Source: Vicugna vicugna (lineage: Eukaryota). From it: a stretch of 64,000 nucleotides of DNA. Each line of letters begins with the position of its first letter. Within the stretch, counting starts at the first letter, position 1. Under the pieces are notes generated by a model. It saw only the letters and a program-made list of their open reading frames with translations. It searched no databases and had not been told where the DNA came from. The position numbers and the translations under genes are program-made. Shown piece after piece: positions 1-12,320 of the stretch. The stretch spans positions 1,131,102 to 1,195,101 of the forward strand of contig MU057724.1 in NCBI GenBank assembly GCA_013265495.1, in the 5' to 3' direction.

Positions 1-261
1 CGTGGAGGTGGTGCTTGAAGGGGCTCCGCCACTGCGCAGGAGTTAACTAAGGCCAGTGTGAAGGAAATGGATGTTTTTCCAAGGTTCAGTCGATTATGTA
101 AAATACATGAAACTCAGCCTGTGCTGACGATGGTGGATGGATATCCTGGTATCTTTCAGAGAAGGTGAGCTCCTTGAGCTGATGAGAACCTGTGAAGTCT
201 TCACGACAGTTACTGTGATGCAGGATATGGCTGAACCAGTGGAAGTGAGTGAGTGCCGCGG

Positions 262-475
262 GGTCGCCAGCTACGCAAGCTAGTAGGAGGGGAGGGAGCG
301 CAGGACCTGGAGGTCGCCAGCTACGCACAGCTAGTAGGAGGGGAGGGACAGCAGGACCTGGAGGTCACCAGCTACTCACAGCTAGTAGGAGGGGAGGGAC
401 AGCAGGACCTGGAGGTCGCCAGCTATGCACAGCTAGTAGGAGGGGAGGGAGCGCAGGACCTGGAGGTCGCCAGCT
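262..475. repeat. Minisatellite, 51-bp unit, ~4.2 copies
   Basis: Unit GGTCGCCAGCTACGCACAGCTAGTAGGAGGGGAGGGA(GC/CA)GCAGGACCTGGA restarts at 262, 312, 363, 414, 465 (first copy 50 bp). Confidence 0.95.
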
Positions 476-599
476 CCCGTGGAGAGGTCGCAGGAAGAGC
501 AGACTCCCAGTGGGGCTCAGAATGTCAGATGGGAAAAGACAGTGGACAGCCGTGCTGACCAAGGAGATGGTGGGTCATGACGTGAACAGAGAGTAAGCA

Positions 600-960
600 A
601 GAGAAGGGTGTGCATGTGTCCGCTGGATCCAGTAAGTGACCCATGGGAAAGTAGTTCCCCTGGAATTTGGGGAAAATGTCATCAGCAGATGTAGACAACA
701 ATTTCAAGTGTTGTTGCTGTGGTGGGAGGAGAGAAAGAATGATGGCCACGGGGACCTCAATGGGCAGTGTATTCCTTTATCTGTTTTTAAAAATGACAGA
801 CACTGAGGTATGTGTACTTAAGGAGGAAAAACAGGTAAGGTTAAATTAAAGTTAACAGAAGGAGAGGGAATATATGAGTAATTTACTGGATGTGGTTCCC
901 GGAAGAGTTAAGATTCAGAGCATAGATGGAAGGACTCACTTCGGACAGGAGACTAGAATT
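600..960 (-). mobile_element. Degenerate L2 LINE fragment
   Basis: atgtagacaacaatttcaagtgttgttgctgtggtgggaggagagaaag resembles the antisense L2 consensus as recalled; highly diverged. Confidence 0.4.
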
Positions 961-2689
961 ACCCAAAATTACTATAAAACGGAATCCAGCTTTGATGAGA
1001 TTCTTTCAGTGGTTGTCAGAGTAATTTTAGGTCTCTTTCATGTTCTTTACAATGAAAAAAAGATCAAAGAAACAGAAACTGTAGCATAGATCTGATCTTG
1101 AATTGGCTGTTTTCTGTGATCTCAGTGAGAAATAGCTCCACGGGTCTAACTCTGTCAAACAGGGAGTCAGCCTGGAAATGAACATTTCTGGGACTCAAGT
1201 CTGCTCTGCTGTGAGATAGGAAAAGCTAATCTCTTGCGAAGTGTGACCCCAGTCAATGAGAAACAGTCTCAAAGTGACAATCTTATTCATGGTTATTCAC
1301 TCCCCTTACCGAGACTCTGTCCTCAAAGCTTTCTGAAAGAAATCTGGTTTTATTTTAACCTATGTGCATTAAAAATTAAATTCTATTTTATATTAGAATC
1401 CTGGCAGTTCTTAAATAACATTCCATCATATGGTAATAAATAAATAGGTAAATCAGTAGTTTAGGTTTCACGGAAAAGAACACAGCTGAAGAGCTGTCAT
1501 CTTCCTGTATGTTTATTTTCATTTTTGTGTTTGTCATTGTTTGAATTGACATATTGGTTTTTCCTGTGTGTTTGCCAACAGAGAAAATTGTTCCTAGCTG
1601 CTATGAATATGCAGCAGAGATTAAGAAGATCAGTGGGAAACAAGAACCATTTTCCTGTTTTTCACATGTCTCCATGGATTTATGATGTTTCCTCATTAAG
1701 TTTTACAGTCTTTCAGAATTTTCTTTGGCTTTCTTTATAGTGCCCCTGTTTAGACAAAAGAAACATATAAAACAAAATATGGAATACTAAGAAAAGAGAT
1801 TCTTTCCATCCTGTTAAAAGTAGAACTATCTCCAAATCGCCAGTCATCTTTAATTGTGAAATGCAATAGCTAATTTCCAAATGTTTCAATTATAGAAATT
1901 AAGTTATATTAAGTTAAATAAAATTATTTCAATTAAATAAATGGTTTTTTTCTTTAAACCATTTGATTAAAAAAATAGTCTCTTGAACCACAGATCCACC
2001 ACCTTGGTCAATTTTCCTAAGTTTTTTTTTAATCACTATTTGACACTTCTTTCTTTATGTGCTCTTCCAAGGGCGGAATTCTCCTTTGTAACCTATGTAT
2101 TCTGTGGGAATTACTTAATAAAACTGCGCACAGTTTCAACTCCTACCCTCTCTCCTCCCTCATTTCCCTCCATTCTTGCCCCCTCATTAAACTCCACATC
2201 CAAATTTCCATTTGCTTACTGCAGCATTGATTTGATATTTGTTGATATTATCTTAGTTCCGGGCTGAGAAGGTCTCAGAGACAAATGAGACTTACCCCAT
2301 CACTCAGTGATCAATCAAGAGCCCCCCGGGACTGACCCTAGAGGGTACAGCTTTGTGGTGCAGAGGTTGTGGCCAGTGTACCTCAATGAGGAAGGGGCGG
2401 GAAGCATCCTTAAACCAGCACATTGGAACTGTCTGGGGAATGGAGTAGGTTTTCACCCAGAAGAGGAGGGCACAGAGCATCCGGGGCTTTGGAAAGGGAT
2501 ACAGGAGAGCAGCCTCAGATGCAGCACATTTGGGGAAAAAAATACCTGCTTCGGAATGACTTCAGTTTCAGCAGAACAGTCACCATGGAGGCCCCTCCAG
2601 GACTCTCTGGGAAGCAGAAACAGCCCCTCCTGCAGTGTTAGTGTCCTGTACTTGGAGGTCCCCCGGCAGCCTGGGAGGGGATTAGGCTG

Positions 2690-3610
2690 GGACCACAGCG
2701 AGATGCGTCACACGGCCGCTGCAGTCACGGAGTCAGAGAGGAGAGGAGCGCGCAGCAGACGCTGTTTTCACTCCGCCCACGCATCCTCACTGCAGTATCA
2801 GTGACTAGCCCTGTGTCCCCATCGCCCAGCCCCGACGTCACGGCATCTCAGCATCGCCGTGGACTCCCCGTCGTCCATGCAGCAGCCGTCTGTGTGGTGG
2901 TTGTATGTTCCAGGTGTGGTGTGGAAACACGGCAGTAAACGAAACGGAGGCTGCGCTGGGGGGGTCTCCCAGCGGGGGAGGACAGGCACTAATTAAGCAA
3001 ACGCGAGACGAGGTGAGGAGATGGAGGTCGCGGCGGTAGGAGGCGGACCTGCCCTTCCACGTGGGGCGAACACCGGGCTGCACTGGACACGCCGCGGCTG
3101 GACAGGTCACCCTGGACGTGACTGCAGAGAGGGGCGCTCTGAGGCCTGTGGCTCCGAGCCTTCCAAACTGCATGGACTGGAGTGTCGAGTCCGAACCGAC
3201 CGAAGAACCAAAAAGCATCTCCGGTGAGGAAGGACAAAGCCAAGAGCAGGGAGCGCCTGCGTCCGGGAAGCATGTGTCCAGAGCCCGGGCCTCTGCGGCG
3301 GGGTCGCCCAGTCACGGGACACAGACTCCGCGACTCCCGTGAGCGGCCCGAGCCAGGAATCGGGGCCCAGCGTTGCAGGCTCTCTGTGTTCAGGACTCGG
3401 AGGCTGGAATCACGGGGCGACGGCTGCATCCCACCGAGCGGCTCGGCGGGGAAGCATCCGCTCCCAGGTCCGCCTGTCCTGTGAACCCGCATTCCCGCAG
3501 CACTGGGACTGAGCGTCTCAGCCTTGCTCTGCTGTGAGCGGGGTACCTCCCTCCCCAGGCTCCTCTCCACGCGGCCTCCTCCAGCGTGGCCTCTCATGTC
3601 GTCCGCCTGC
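2690..3610. other. CpG-rich GC patch (orphan CpG-island-like)
   Basis: Dense CpG and high GC between CpG-poor flanks; no associated first exon recognised. Confidence 0.7.
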
Positions 3611-5149
3611 GAGGAGGGCCTCCAGCTTCAGGGTGCAGAGATGGGGTCTTACAGAAACCCCATGGACATCGTGGGAGTGACAGCCATCACATCTGGCCTC
3701 TTCTGGTGTGAGAAACAGGTCCCAGCTGCTGACTGCTCTCAGGCTGGGGGTGACATAAGGGCGTCAATTCCAGAAGGTGAGGTGGTCTTCCTCCACAGGG
3801 CAGGGAGCATCTCCCCTCTGCCTGACTGGCCTCCTGTGTCACGTGCTGCGGATGGGCGGGCCAAGGTGAGGACTGGAAGAGGATCATTGAATTTATCAGT
3901 GAGAGGATTGTTGATATTCACAAAGGATGTTTATGGGTTAAAACCACTGTTCAGCAGAGGATAGAGAAGAGGAAACACAAGTCTGATCACTTTTAAGTTC
4001 TGCTTTCAAACCTGTCCATTTCCTGGAGAATAAAGTTCTGCTTCTTGGGTTTGGCCTCAAAGAAGCCTTTTCCATACCCTCCACTTTCTTATCAACCCCA
4101 AACTCTCCCTTTCAGTGTCACCTTTCATCCTCTTCAAGATCCAGCGTGAGCACCCTGTGTCCCAGGCAGGAGTGATTGCTCCCCTTTCCCTGAAGGCATC
4201 GAGTTCCTTTGTACCTGCCTGACTTTGTCAGGGTGGGCCTTTTCCTCTGATTGTCTTTCCTCATGTCTACTTGGGAAAATACTACTAATTTCCTAATGAC
4301 TGGTGCAAACATAGCCTCTTTCGTGAAGCCTGCCTCAAGTCAGGCAGGCAAGTTGCTCATTTATTTGTATCCTACTGTATGCCTCTGTAGAGTTTTTTCA
4401 TTCATTCATAACTATCTGAGTGTTTACAACAGTGAAAAGAAGCTTGATACTTTCATGCATGGAGTGGTCCTCTCTGCTTGTATCTTAGTAAAGCATTTAT
4501 ACAGCATTTAAAAACGTACTTGGTGTTAGCTAGTTTTTAAAATGTCTGCAGTTGGTGAGGTTCATGTGACATGAACTATTTCTAACATTTATCTGTATGC
4601 TTAAATCTAGTCACACTTATTGACAGCTAGTAGGTCCTTAATCATCATTTAATGCATTAATTATAGCTGTTTATTGATTGAATTATTGAAGTATGGAGAA
4701 CTTATATTTCTTTTCATGAAGAGCAGACCTAATTAGAATGAAAACTCAAATGTTTATTTCAAGAAATATCATTGATTTGATACAGTTCGGAATATAATAA
4801 TAGATTTTTACATGACCACGCACACTTATTTATAAAAAGTCTATAGCTGGGAACCTTTTTCTGAACTGGTCAAATCTTGAAACGGTTAAGACATCATGTT
4901 TTACAGATACATTAAGTTATGCATGTGCACAATATGTGAATTTTCCTCAGCATTGTTTATAACACCTGGACTCTGTCTAGAATTGAGCTGTCTCCTTGGC
5001 AAAAGGAGACATCGTTGGCCAGTTTCTTTTTTATTATTATTTTTCTAATTCTGCTTGAGATATGGTTGACCTCCGCCATTTTGGCTCCCCAAGAGTCAAA
5101 CAGCATCATTTACAGAAGGAATCTCCAGTGGAAGGAACCACAGTGGCAC

Positions 5150-5235
5150 CTCCAGTTATAGAAACCGAGATGTGTGGAAATGTCCCCTCCCAGCCTCGCC
5201 AGAGTCACAGCACCAGAACAGGGCCTAGACTCTGC
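5150..5235 (-). mobile_element. Possible MIR fragment
   Basis: gaaaccgag...gccagagtcacagcaccagaacagggcctagactc resembles the antisense MIR core (gaaactgagg...cccaaggtcacacagctag...ggatttgaaccc). Confidence 0.35.
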
Positions 5236-5688
5236 ACAGAAGATGGTCCTACCTCAGATGCTGCATTGAGAATGAGCAGCAAAGTCGCAGACCCAGGAAA
5301 AGCCAGCAGCGCAGCCTCTAGGAGCCAGGGGTGGCGGTGCCGGCCACGGCCCGGGCCGCAGTTAGTGGCCCGCAGTGACCTCGCCTGGAGCTGACTCCTC
5401 GGGGCAGTGTTCTTGTCCCAGGATATGCGCCTGGCCTCACCTCCCAGGACGCAGCCAGTTTTCTGATTCCAACCGTACAGCCTTTCTGTTGATTATGGAC
5501 TCAAGTCAGTTTCCCTCCAGTAAGTGCATTTTCTGCTCACATTCATTTTTGTTGTCCAAAGCTGAAAAGCCTGTCTGATAGAGAAATAATTTTGTAGATT
5601 CTGGTAACTTGTGTCTCTATACAAACTTTAAAAGTAGTAATTGTGTGACTACCTTATTAAACATTCTGGGAGTAAGGACATCAGGGCA

Positions 5689-5715
5689 GCGCACGCGCGT
5701 ACACACACACACACG
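5689..5715. repeat. Alternating purine-pyrimidine tract, (GC)-rich then (AC)7
   Basis: gcgcacgcgcgtacacacacacacacg, 27 bp of uninterrupted RY alternation. Confidence 0.9.
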
Positions 5716-6347
5716 ATTCACATATGTATCTTTCCACTGATAAAGAAAGCATTGAGGATTCCAATCCAGATAACCAGCAACTAAAATAAATCAGAGCGAT
5801 GCCCATGGAAATGTAATGACCCAGGGGGAAGTTCCTTGAGGGACTCACGGTCATCTTCGTCTCGGGAGGCACAGAAAGTGCCGGCTGGTGGGTGATGTAT
5901 GCAGCCATTTGTGATTTCTTTCTTTCACTAATAAAATAACCATCTATTTTAGGTAGAAAAAACCTAAATTACCTGGATAACATGTTGGGTTTCATAAATG
6001 TAGGTAGAGATAAATTGTGAATATTCATGAGCAATTAAAATAAAAAAACTATGTTTGGCTAATACAGAATATTTCTTTTTAAAATTGTTAGAAGTATGTG
6101 TTTATAATAATAAACCTGCTAAACTAAACTCTGAAAATTTAGAAGTGGCAGAAAAACAGTGGAAAATGAAATGAAATTCACTTGTAATCCTGCTGGGGGC
6201 AGACGCTGTTCTCATGTTGATGTGTTCATTTCTAGAGTTTTTCTACGTATCTGTGTATATGTGCATCTGTGTGAAGGTTTACACTCATATCTTAGGTGAC
6301 AAGTGAAGACATAATGAATATCTTATTTTCTAACCCACTTTTGATGT

Positions 6348-6732
6348 TGTATTGGTCAGCTCATGCTGCCATAACAAGATACCAGACTGGGTGACTGAAA
6401 CAACAGGGATTTATTTTCTCACACTTCTGGGAGGCAGACGTCCACGAGCAAGGCTGACTGACTTGGTTGACTTAGGTTCTGGTGAGGCCCCCTTCCTGGC
6501 TGCAGATGGCACCTTCCTGCTCTGTCCTCCAGTGGCCTTTCCTCAGTGGTGTGGCAGTGAAGCCTCTGGCATCTCTTCTTGTAAGGACACTAATCTGATT
6601 GGATCTGGGCCCCAGTCTTATGACCTCATTTAATCTTAGTTTCCTCCTACAGACCCTCTCTCCAAATACAGTCACATTGGGGTGAGAGGCTCAGCGTATG
6701 AACCTTGGGAGGACATAGTTCGGTCCATAGCA
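6348..6732 (-). mobile_element. MaLR solo LTR, MLT1A-like
   Basis: TG...CA termini (tgtattggtc...gtccatagca), ~385 bp; diagnostic gctgccataaca, taaggacactaatc, atgacctcatttaatc, ccaaatacagtcacattgggg. Confidence 0.9.
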
Positions 6733-6769
6733 GAGGAAATTATGTTACCAAAACCTTTCAAAGAGCTTT

Positions 6770-7000
6770 TAATGGCAGCACAATATTATACTGGATGTCT
6801 ACACTGCAGTTTTTTAACCAATAATTCATATTTGGACATGTAATCTGTTTTTATTTTTTAATATACATCGTTGTGGACATTCCTGTGCACAATGTCTATT
6901 GATATGACTTACTCCTCAAGTCCTACTTAATCAGGGGGATGTAAATGATTTCAGTTTTAACGCCTGTTGTTGAGCAGCCCTCCCAGAAAGGCCGTGGTAT
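6770..7000 (-). mobile_element. Old L1 (L1ME-like) 3' fragment
   Basis: ttttaatggcagcacaatattatactggatg...tttggacatgtaatctgtttt...ggacattcctgtgcaca resembles antisense L1ME 3' sequence. Confidence 0.45.
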
Positions 7001-8020
7001 ATGAGAGGATGTCATCGACCTGGAAGGCAGCATGCCTGTGCCACGCCTGCAGCGCTAGACTCACTTAACACCCCCAAATACCTGTTAAATGACTCCAAGC
7101 TATTTTCTTAAGAGTCCTTAAGTGAAAGTCCTTAAGAACAAGAGCAGATTCATTAGGTGTGTCAGAGGAGCCTGCCCTTGGAGAGCTCAGCAAGGGGTGG
7201 AAGAGGAGCCCGCTCCATTTGTAGGGTTATCTGAATTTACTTCACGATGGCGCTGTTTGAAGCAGCAGCTAAATGTCTGTCACGTGCTCACTGTGCGCGT
7301 CCCCAGATCCCTGGCAGGGCTGCAGGGCACCGGAGCCACGGGTGAGTCGCCGGAGTTTAAAGGAGACGGTTTGCAGTAGAATTCACAGTGATTCTTAGTG
7401 ATGCGTCAGCTCAAATAGTAAACTCAAATAATTCAGTCCAGTTGAATCAGTCTTTCCAAATTCAGTTGGTGCCTGAAGATTTTCACATGTAACAGAAGAC
7501 CTTATAGTTTTGCTTTATACTGGAAGGAAAACAACACAAAAATTACTGTAGGCACCAGAGTAAAATGTGGCACAATTCGATGTGTTATTAAGACACTTCA
7601 TTGTTCTGTAAGGTCCCAGTACAGACAACTGGAAATCACCAGTCAATAAGCACCTATGAGGCAAACCCTTGTTCTACGCGGTGCCGAGAGTCCAGCAGTG
7701 GGAGGGCTCCAGCACTGACAGAGGGGTCGCCTAACGAGCTCCACAGGTGTTCTGGCGGTTGCGGAGAGGGCGTTTGGAGGGTAACGCGATTCTCACATCC
7801 AGGGCTGCTCGTCTCAGCTAGATCCACGCTTACAGTTTCTTCTGGGTCTGAAGAAGCACCTTAGGTGATGTGCCCTTCATCTGCCAGACACCCTAGTCTG
7901 GTTCACCCTGAGTGTGTGTGTGTGGAGATTTCTACACCCTAGATCCTACATGCAAGCCGGAGCAAAACAACTCTATTTCATTTGTATTAAAATCCCACAG
8001 CACAATTTAAGACACATTTT

Positions 8021-8144
8021 TTCACTTTCTTTTGGGGGTAGGTAATTAGATGTATTTATTTATTTTTAGAGGGGTGCTGGGGATTGAACCCAGGACCTCA
8101 TGCATGCTAAGCATGTGCTCCACCACTTGAGCTTTACTCTCCCC
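8021..8144 (-). mobile_element. tRNA-derived SINE, camelid Vic-1-like
   Basis: Reverse complement GGGGAGAGTAAAGCTCAAGTGGTGGAGCACATGCTTAGCATGCATGAGGTCCTGGGTTCAATCCCCAGC: A-box-like head, B box GGTTCAATCC (8081-8090), AAAT-rich tail; putative TSD AAGACACATTTT (8009-8020) / AAGACGTATTTT (8147-8158). Confidence 0.9.
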
Positions 8145-8219
8145 TCAAGACGTATTTTAATGAAGGTTACTTGCAAACACATCTTCTAAAATTTTGCTGG
8201 TACAAAAAAATTATTTTTG

Positions 8220-9150
8220 TCCTTGTCAAAAACTATTTTTCTGGAAATTCGGATGTGACAGCTATTTTCTTTCAGCACTCTGATGGTTTAATTCTCTTTT
8301 TATGGCTTCTATACTTTTCATTAGGAAGAAGGTTATGATGTTGCTAAACTGGTTCTTCTTTGTGACCAATATTCCATTCTGTTTATACTATTGTAAAGTT
8401 TCACTGTGATGGTTTAGGTGTTATCTTTTAATTTATATAATTTTAGTTTTCCTGAATCTGAAGGGTTAGTTATTTTAACAATTTTGAAAAATTATTAACC
8501 ACAATCTCTTTAAATAGTGTCTCTCTACTGTTATATTTCTTGAGATATGATGATCTTGAAACTGTGACTCAGTCTTCCTCATTGTTTGTAGAAAATTTGC
8601 AGTTATTACCCTTTCAGACATTGTTTCTGGCCACGTTCTCTATTCCCACCTTCCAGAACTCAGATGATGTCTTTTAGTACTTAACCTCTCATAACTTCCA
8701 CATGTTTTTTTTTTTAATTCTATATTTGGAGAATTTACTTGAGATCTACCTAATTCACTGATTCTGCTGATTCTACTGTTTAATTTTCATTAACATTTGA
8801 TTTATTATGTATGCTAGTTTTATAAGATCTTTATTTTTTCAAATATATCTGATAAATTTTGATATTTATTCTTACAATTTCTTTTTATAATTCATCTTTC
8901 AATTTTTTAAATATTTTGTACCTAGTAATTTTGTGTTTCATAGTTGCTAATAATAATTTTGGTGATATTTACAGTTCTGATTCTGTAGGTCTTCTGATGT
9001 TATTAATATCTCAGATGGCTTTGTTTATGCTAATAGTTCTTCACAAGTGATTTCCGTTACCATTTGTTTTTGCTTTTGATTGTGTTCTCATTTTCCTTTT
9101 GTCTCTGGAAGTTTTGGTATCTGGTTTGGTCGTAATTAGGGCTGTTCCCT
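8220..9150 (-). mobile_element. Old L1 internal fragment
   Basis: T-rich antisense L1 ORF1-region motifs: gacagctattttctttcagcactctga, gaaaatttgcagttattacc, ttaatttcattaac-like tracts. Confidence 0.55.
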
Positions 9151-10572
9151 AATGTTTCTCGTCTCTCACTGCCCCACCCACTAAGAGCTTTATTTGTTCA
9201 TAAGTTTAGTTTTCGTCAATAAATCATGAGAATAACAGAAGGTTTTGCAACCAGTGGACATTTACAGTGCTTTCTCTTTTCTCTTTTTTTCACCCAGAAA
9301 TAATCCAGATAACAGCTAATCAGTAGCATGAATTCCAGAACTTCCACTTGACTGTGATGCGCCAACATCACAAGCAAGAATAAAACTGTTGTTCCAAGTC
9401 ATTCAGATTAGTGGGAACGTAGTTGTTATCCCAGAACAGTCTCTCCTGTTCTTTCAATGGGATAATCCTGGATTTAATGTGCATTTTTTGCAGATACTTG
9501 TGTTTACCTCTGCTGGGTCCCTTTGGGCGCTTTATACTAAAATATTAGCTTAGAGTTTTTCAGGTAACATATGGAGTGTGAATTGCAGCTCCAGATCCAG
9601 GTTTTGTAGAATTATAGCCAGAAAGTCTCAGGGCACGTTTTTTCTCATTTATTTTCCGCTGAGATCCTATGCTCACTGTCTTCTGTCAAGGGCGTGGGTT
9701 TTACTGAGTTCACCAGCTGGGGGTGTGGTTCTACGGACATTCAGACATCATTCTCACATCTTTGTTCAAACCACTCTTGGTGTGGACTTCAGGCTGTCTT
9801 GCTACGCCCTGCACATACTACACATTAAATCCCGGTTCTCGCTCACCTGATCTGCGTGCACCTGTAGTGCTGATGCCGGTTCAAGATCATACGTGTCTGT
9901 TAACTTGCACATCTTCCTTAGTTCTGTTCTTCAGGATATCTGCCTGTTTTAAGCTGTATGTTTTATCTGTAATTTTAATCATGATGTACAAGGAAGAGTT
10001 TTTTTTTTTAATTCTGTCTACCTGTCAATTTCTTGCATTGGGAGTTGCAAGAAAACTCCCAATTGATTTCCATGGCTTTGTCATCATGTTCTATGGAGGA
10101 GATGATAAATTATTGAAAAAATTGACCAAGTTAATCTACAATATAAACAACTTTGGCTGCAATGCCCTCAATTAAAAAGGTAACTTTGATTTATTTTAAA
10201 TCTTGCTCTTTTGCTGTTTATTTTTCTTTTAATTCATGTCTTGGTTAATACTTGCTTCTGATAGGAGTTTTGATGTGCTAAGGTTCATGAGTGCTAAAAT
10301 ATATGAAGACAGATTAATGTGTTTGTATTGACGTTTGCTACCAATGCTATATTATTTCATACAGCTAAAGGATATGATGTCATTAAACAGAGTCACATTT
10401 TTCGATGATTGCACTCAGGTTGTCTGCTTCTACGTCCTTACGCTCACCACATTTCTAGAAGTATGCTTTTTTCCCCTCTTTAAATATTTACATATTTTAC
10501 AAACTGGCGTGAAGTATAGAACACTAAATCAAATTCAAATTCGGGCAACTCCAAATAGCTAATGGATGTGTA

Positions 10573-11582
10573 TTTTTTCCAGCTTTATTGAGATATAATT
10601 AATGTATAGCATTCTTTCAGCTTAATGTATACAATGTGAAGTTGAAATATGTATATATAGCAAAACGGTAACCACAAAAATGTTAGCACATCCACCATGT
10701 CTCTCTCCACTACACCTGTGTGTAGTGGGACTTTTTAAGATAACTCTACTAGCAACTTTCAAATATACAGTACAGGATTGTTAACTGTCGTGATGCTGCT
10801 GTAGCTTAGCTCCCCAGAGCTAATTCACCTTGTAAGTGGACGTTTATACCTCACCACCTTTGGCTAGTTCCTCCCTGTCCTCCATGCCCTGATAACCACT
10901 GATATACTCTCTGCTTCTATGATTTTATTTTACTTTTTCACATTCCATGTATAAGTGGGGTCATACATTGTCTGTCATTCAACCTGTGACTTAACTGACT
11001 TGTCATAATGTCCTCAGGGTTCATTCATACTGTCACAAATGGCAGAATTTCCTCTTTTATGGCTGAATAATATTTCAATATATGTAGAGACATTTTTTAA
11101 TCCATTTGTCTGTTGACAGATTTAGGTTGTTTCCATGGCTTAGCTGTTGTAAGTCAAGCTGCAGTGAACACGGGTGTGCAGATAACACTTTGAGATGGTG
11201 CCTTTATTTCCTTTAGATTTGCATCCAGAAGCAGAATTGCTGGGTCATATGGTGGTTCTCTTTTTAATTTATGGAGGAAATTCCATACTGCTTTCCATAG
11301 TGACGATACCAGTTTATATTCACAACAGTGCTGCACAGGGTTGAGCACACATTCATGTACTTGTTGGCCATTTGTATGTCTTCTTTGGAAATTTATCTAT
11401 CCAGGTCTTTTGGCTACTTTAAATCAGATCGTGTGATTATTTTGCTATTGAATTGCATGGGTCCCTTATATATTTTAGATATTAACCTTTTATCAGATAG
11501 AAGGTTTGCAACTATTTTCTCTCATTTTATAGGTTGCCATTTCATTCTTTATTACTTCTTTTGCTGTGCAGACACTTTCTGT
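10573..11582 (-). mobile_element. L1 (L1MA/L1MB-type) 3' end with ORF2 C-terminus
   Basis: Begins with poly-T + agctttattgagatataatt; ORF 11154-11348(-) reads KLVSSLWKAVWNFLHKLKREPPYDPAILLL, the L1 ORF2 C-terminal motif. Confidence 0.92.
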
Positions 11583-11594
11583 GATGACCTGTTA

Positions 11595-12320
11595 ACACTG
11601 GCTTATGTATTTAGGTGCTGCAATGCTGGGTGCATGTGTATTCACAATTGTTGTTTTCTCTCAATGAAGTGACTCCTTTGTCATTAGGTAACAACCTTCT
11701 GCGTCATTTGTTCCAACGTTTTATTTAAAGTCTAGTTTGTCAGAGACATGTAGAGCTATCCCTGCTCTCTTTTGGTTTCAGTTGTGTGGAATATCTTTTC
11801 CCACCTCTTCACTTTGAGCTTCTCTGTGTCCTTAGAGCTAAAGAGAGCTTCTTGTTGGCAGCATGACTGAGCACATAGTCTTGTCTGTTTTATTCACTCA
11901 GTCTGTCTGTATCTTTTGACTAGATAATTTAGTCCATATAGATTAGGTAATTTTTGATAGGCAAGGACTTACAATGCCATTTTCTTACTCGTTTTCTGGG
12001 TGTTTTCTAGATCCTTTTTCTTTTCTCCTCATCTTGCTGTCTTCCTTTGTGATTTGGTGATTTTCTGTAGTGATCCTTCCTTTTTATCTTTTGTGTGCCC
12101 ACTATAATTTTTTGCTTTGTGGTTACCATGAGGGTTACATAAGCAGTTTATAGTTATAGTACTCTCTTTTAAGCTGATAATCACTTAAATTTGTTCACTG
12201 TGAAAGCTCAGTACTTTTAACCCCCACACACACATTTAATGAGAGAAAATTCAAATAAATTTTATGTCACAATTTACTTTTTTTAACATTATATATCCAT
12301 TAACAACTTATTATAGCTAT
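11595..12320 (-). mobile_element. L1 fragment (ORF2 start / inter-ORF region)
   Basis: atttaggtgctgcaatgctgggtgcatgtgtattcacaattg, gctatccctgctctcttttggtttc, tgctttgtggttaccatgaggg are antisense L1 motifs. Confidence 0.85.

Noticed and set aside
249..596. Repetitive proteins encoded by ORFs 249-596 and 253-558
   Set aside because: Translation of the 51-bp minisatellite; non-ATG starts and no coding support.
2838..3964. Cluster of overlapping 100-200 aa ORFs
   Set aside because: Open in many frames on both strands because GC-rich DNA is poor in stop codons; no recognisable homology or exon boundaries.
5062..5394. 110-aa ATG ORF after a pyrimidine tract as a coding exon
   Set aside because: Acceptor would be an uncommon GAG, the middle resembles an antisense MIR, and the peptide is unrecognised.
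8070..8144. tRNA gene (also 49265-49338)
   Set aside because: tRNA-like head is followed by an A-rich SINE tail, is diverged, and the first copy has a putative TSD; these are SINEs.
9495..9563. Plus-strand exon (ttttttgcag ... cag|gtaaca)
   Set aside because: Stop codons in all three frames; most likely a pseudo-exon.
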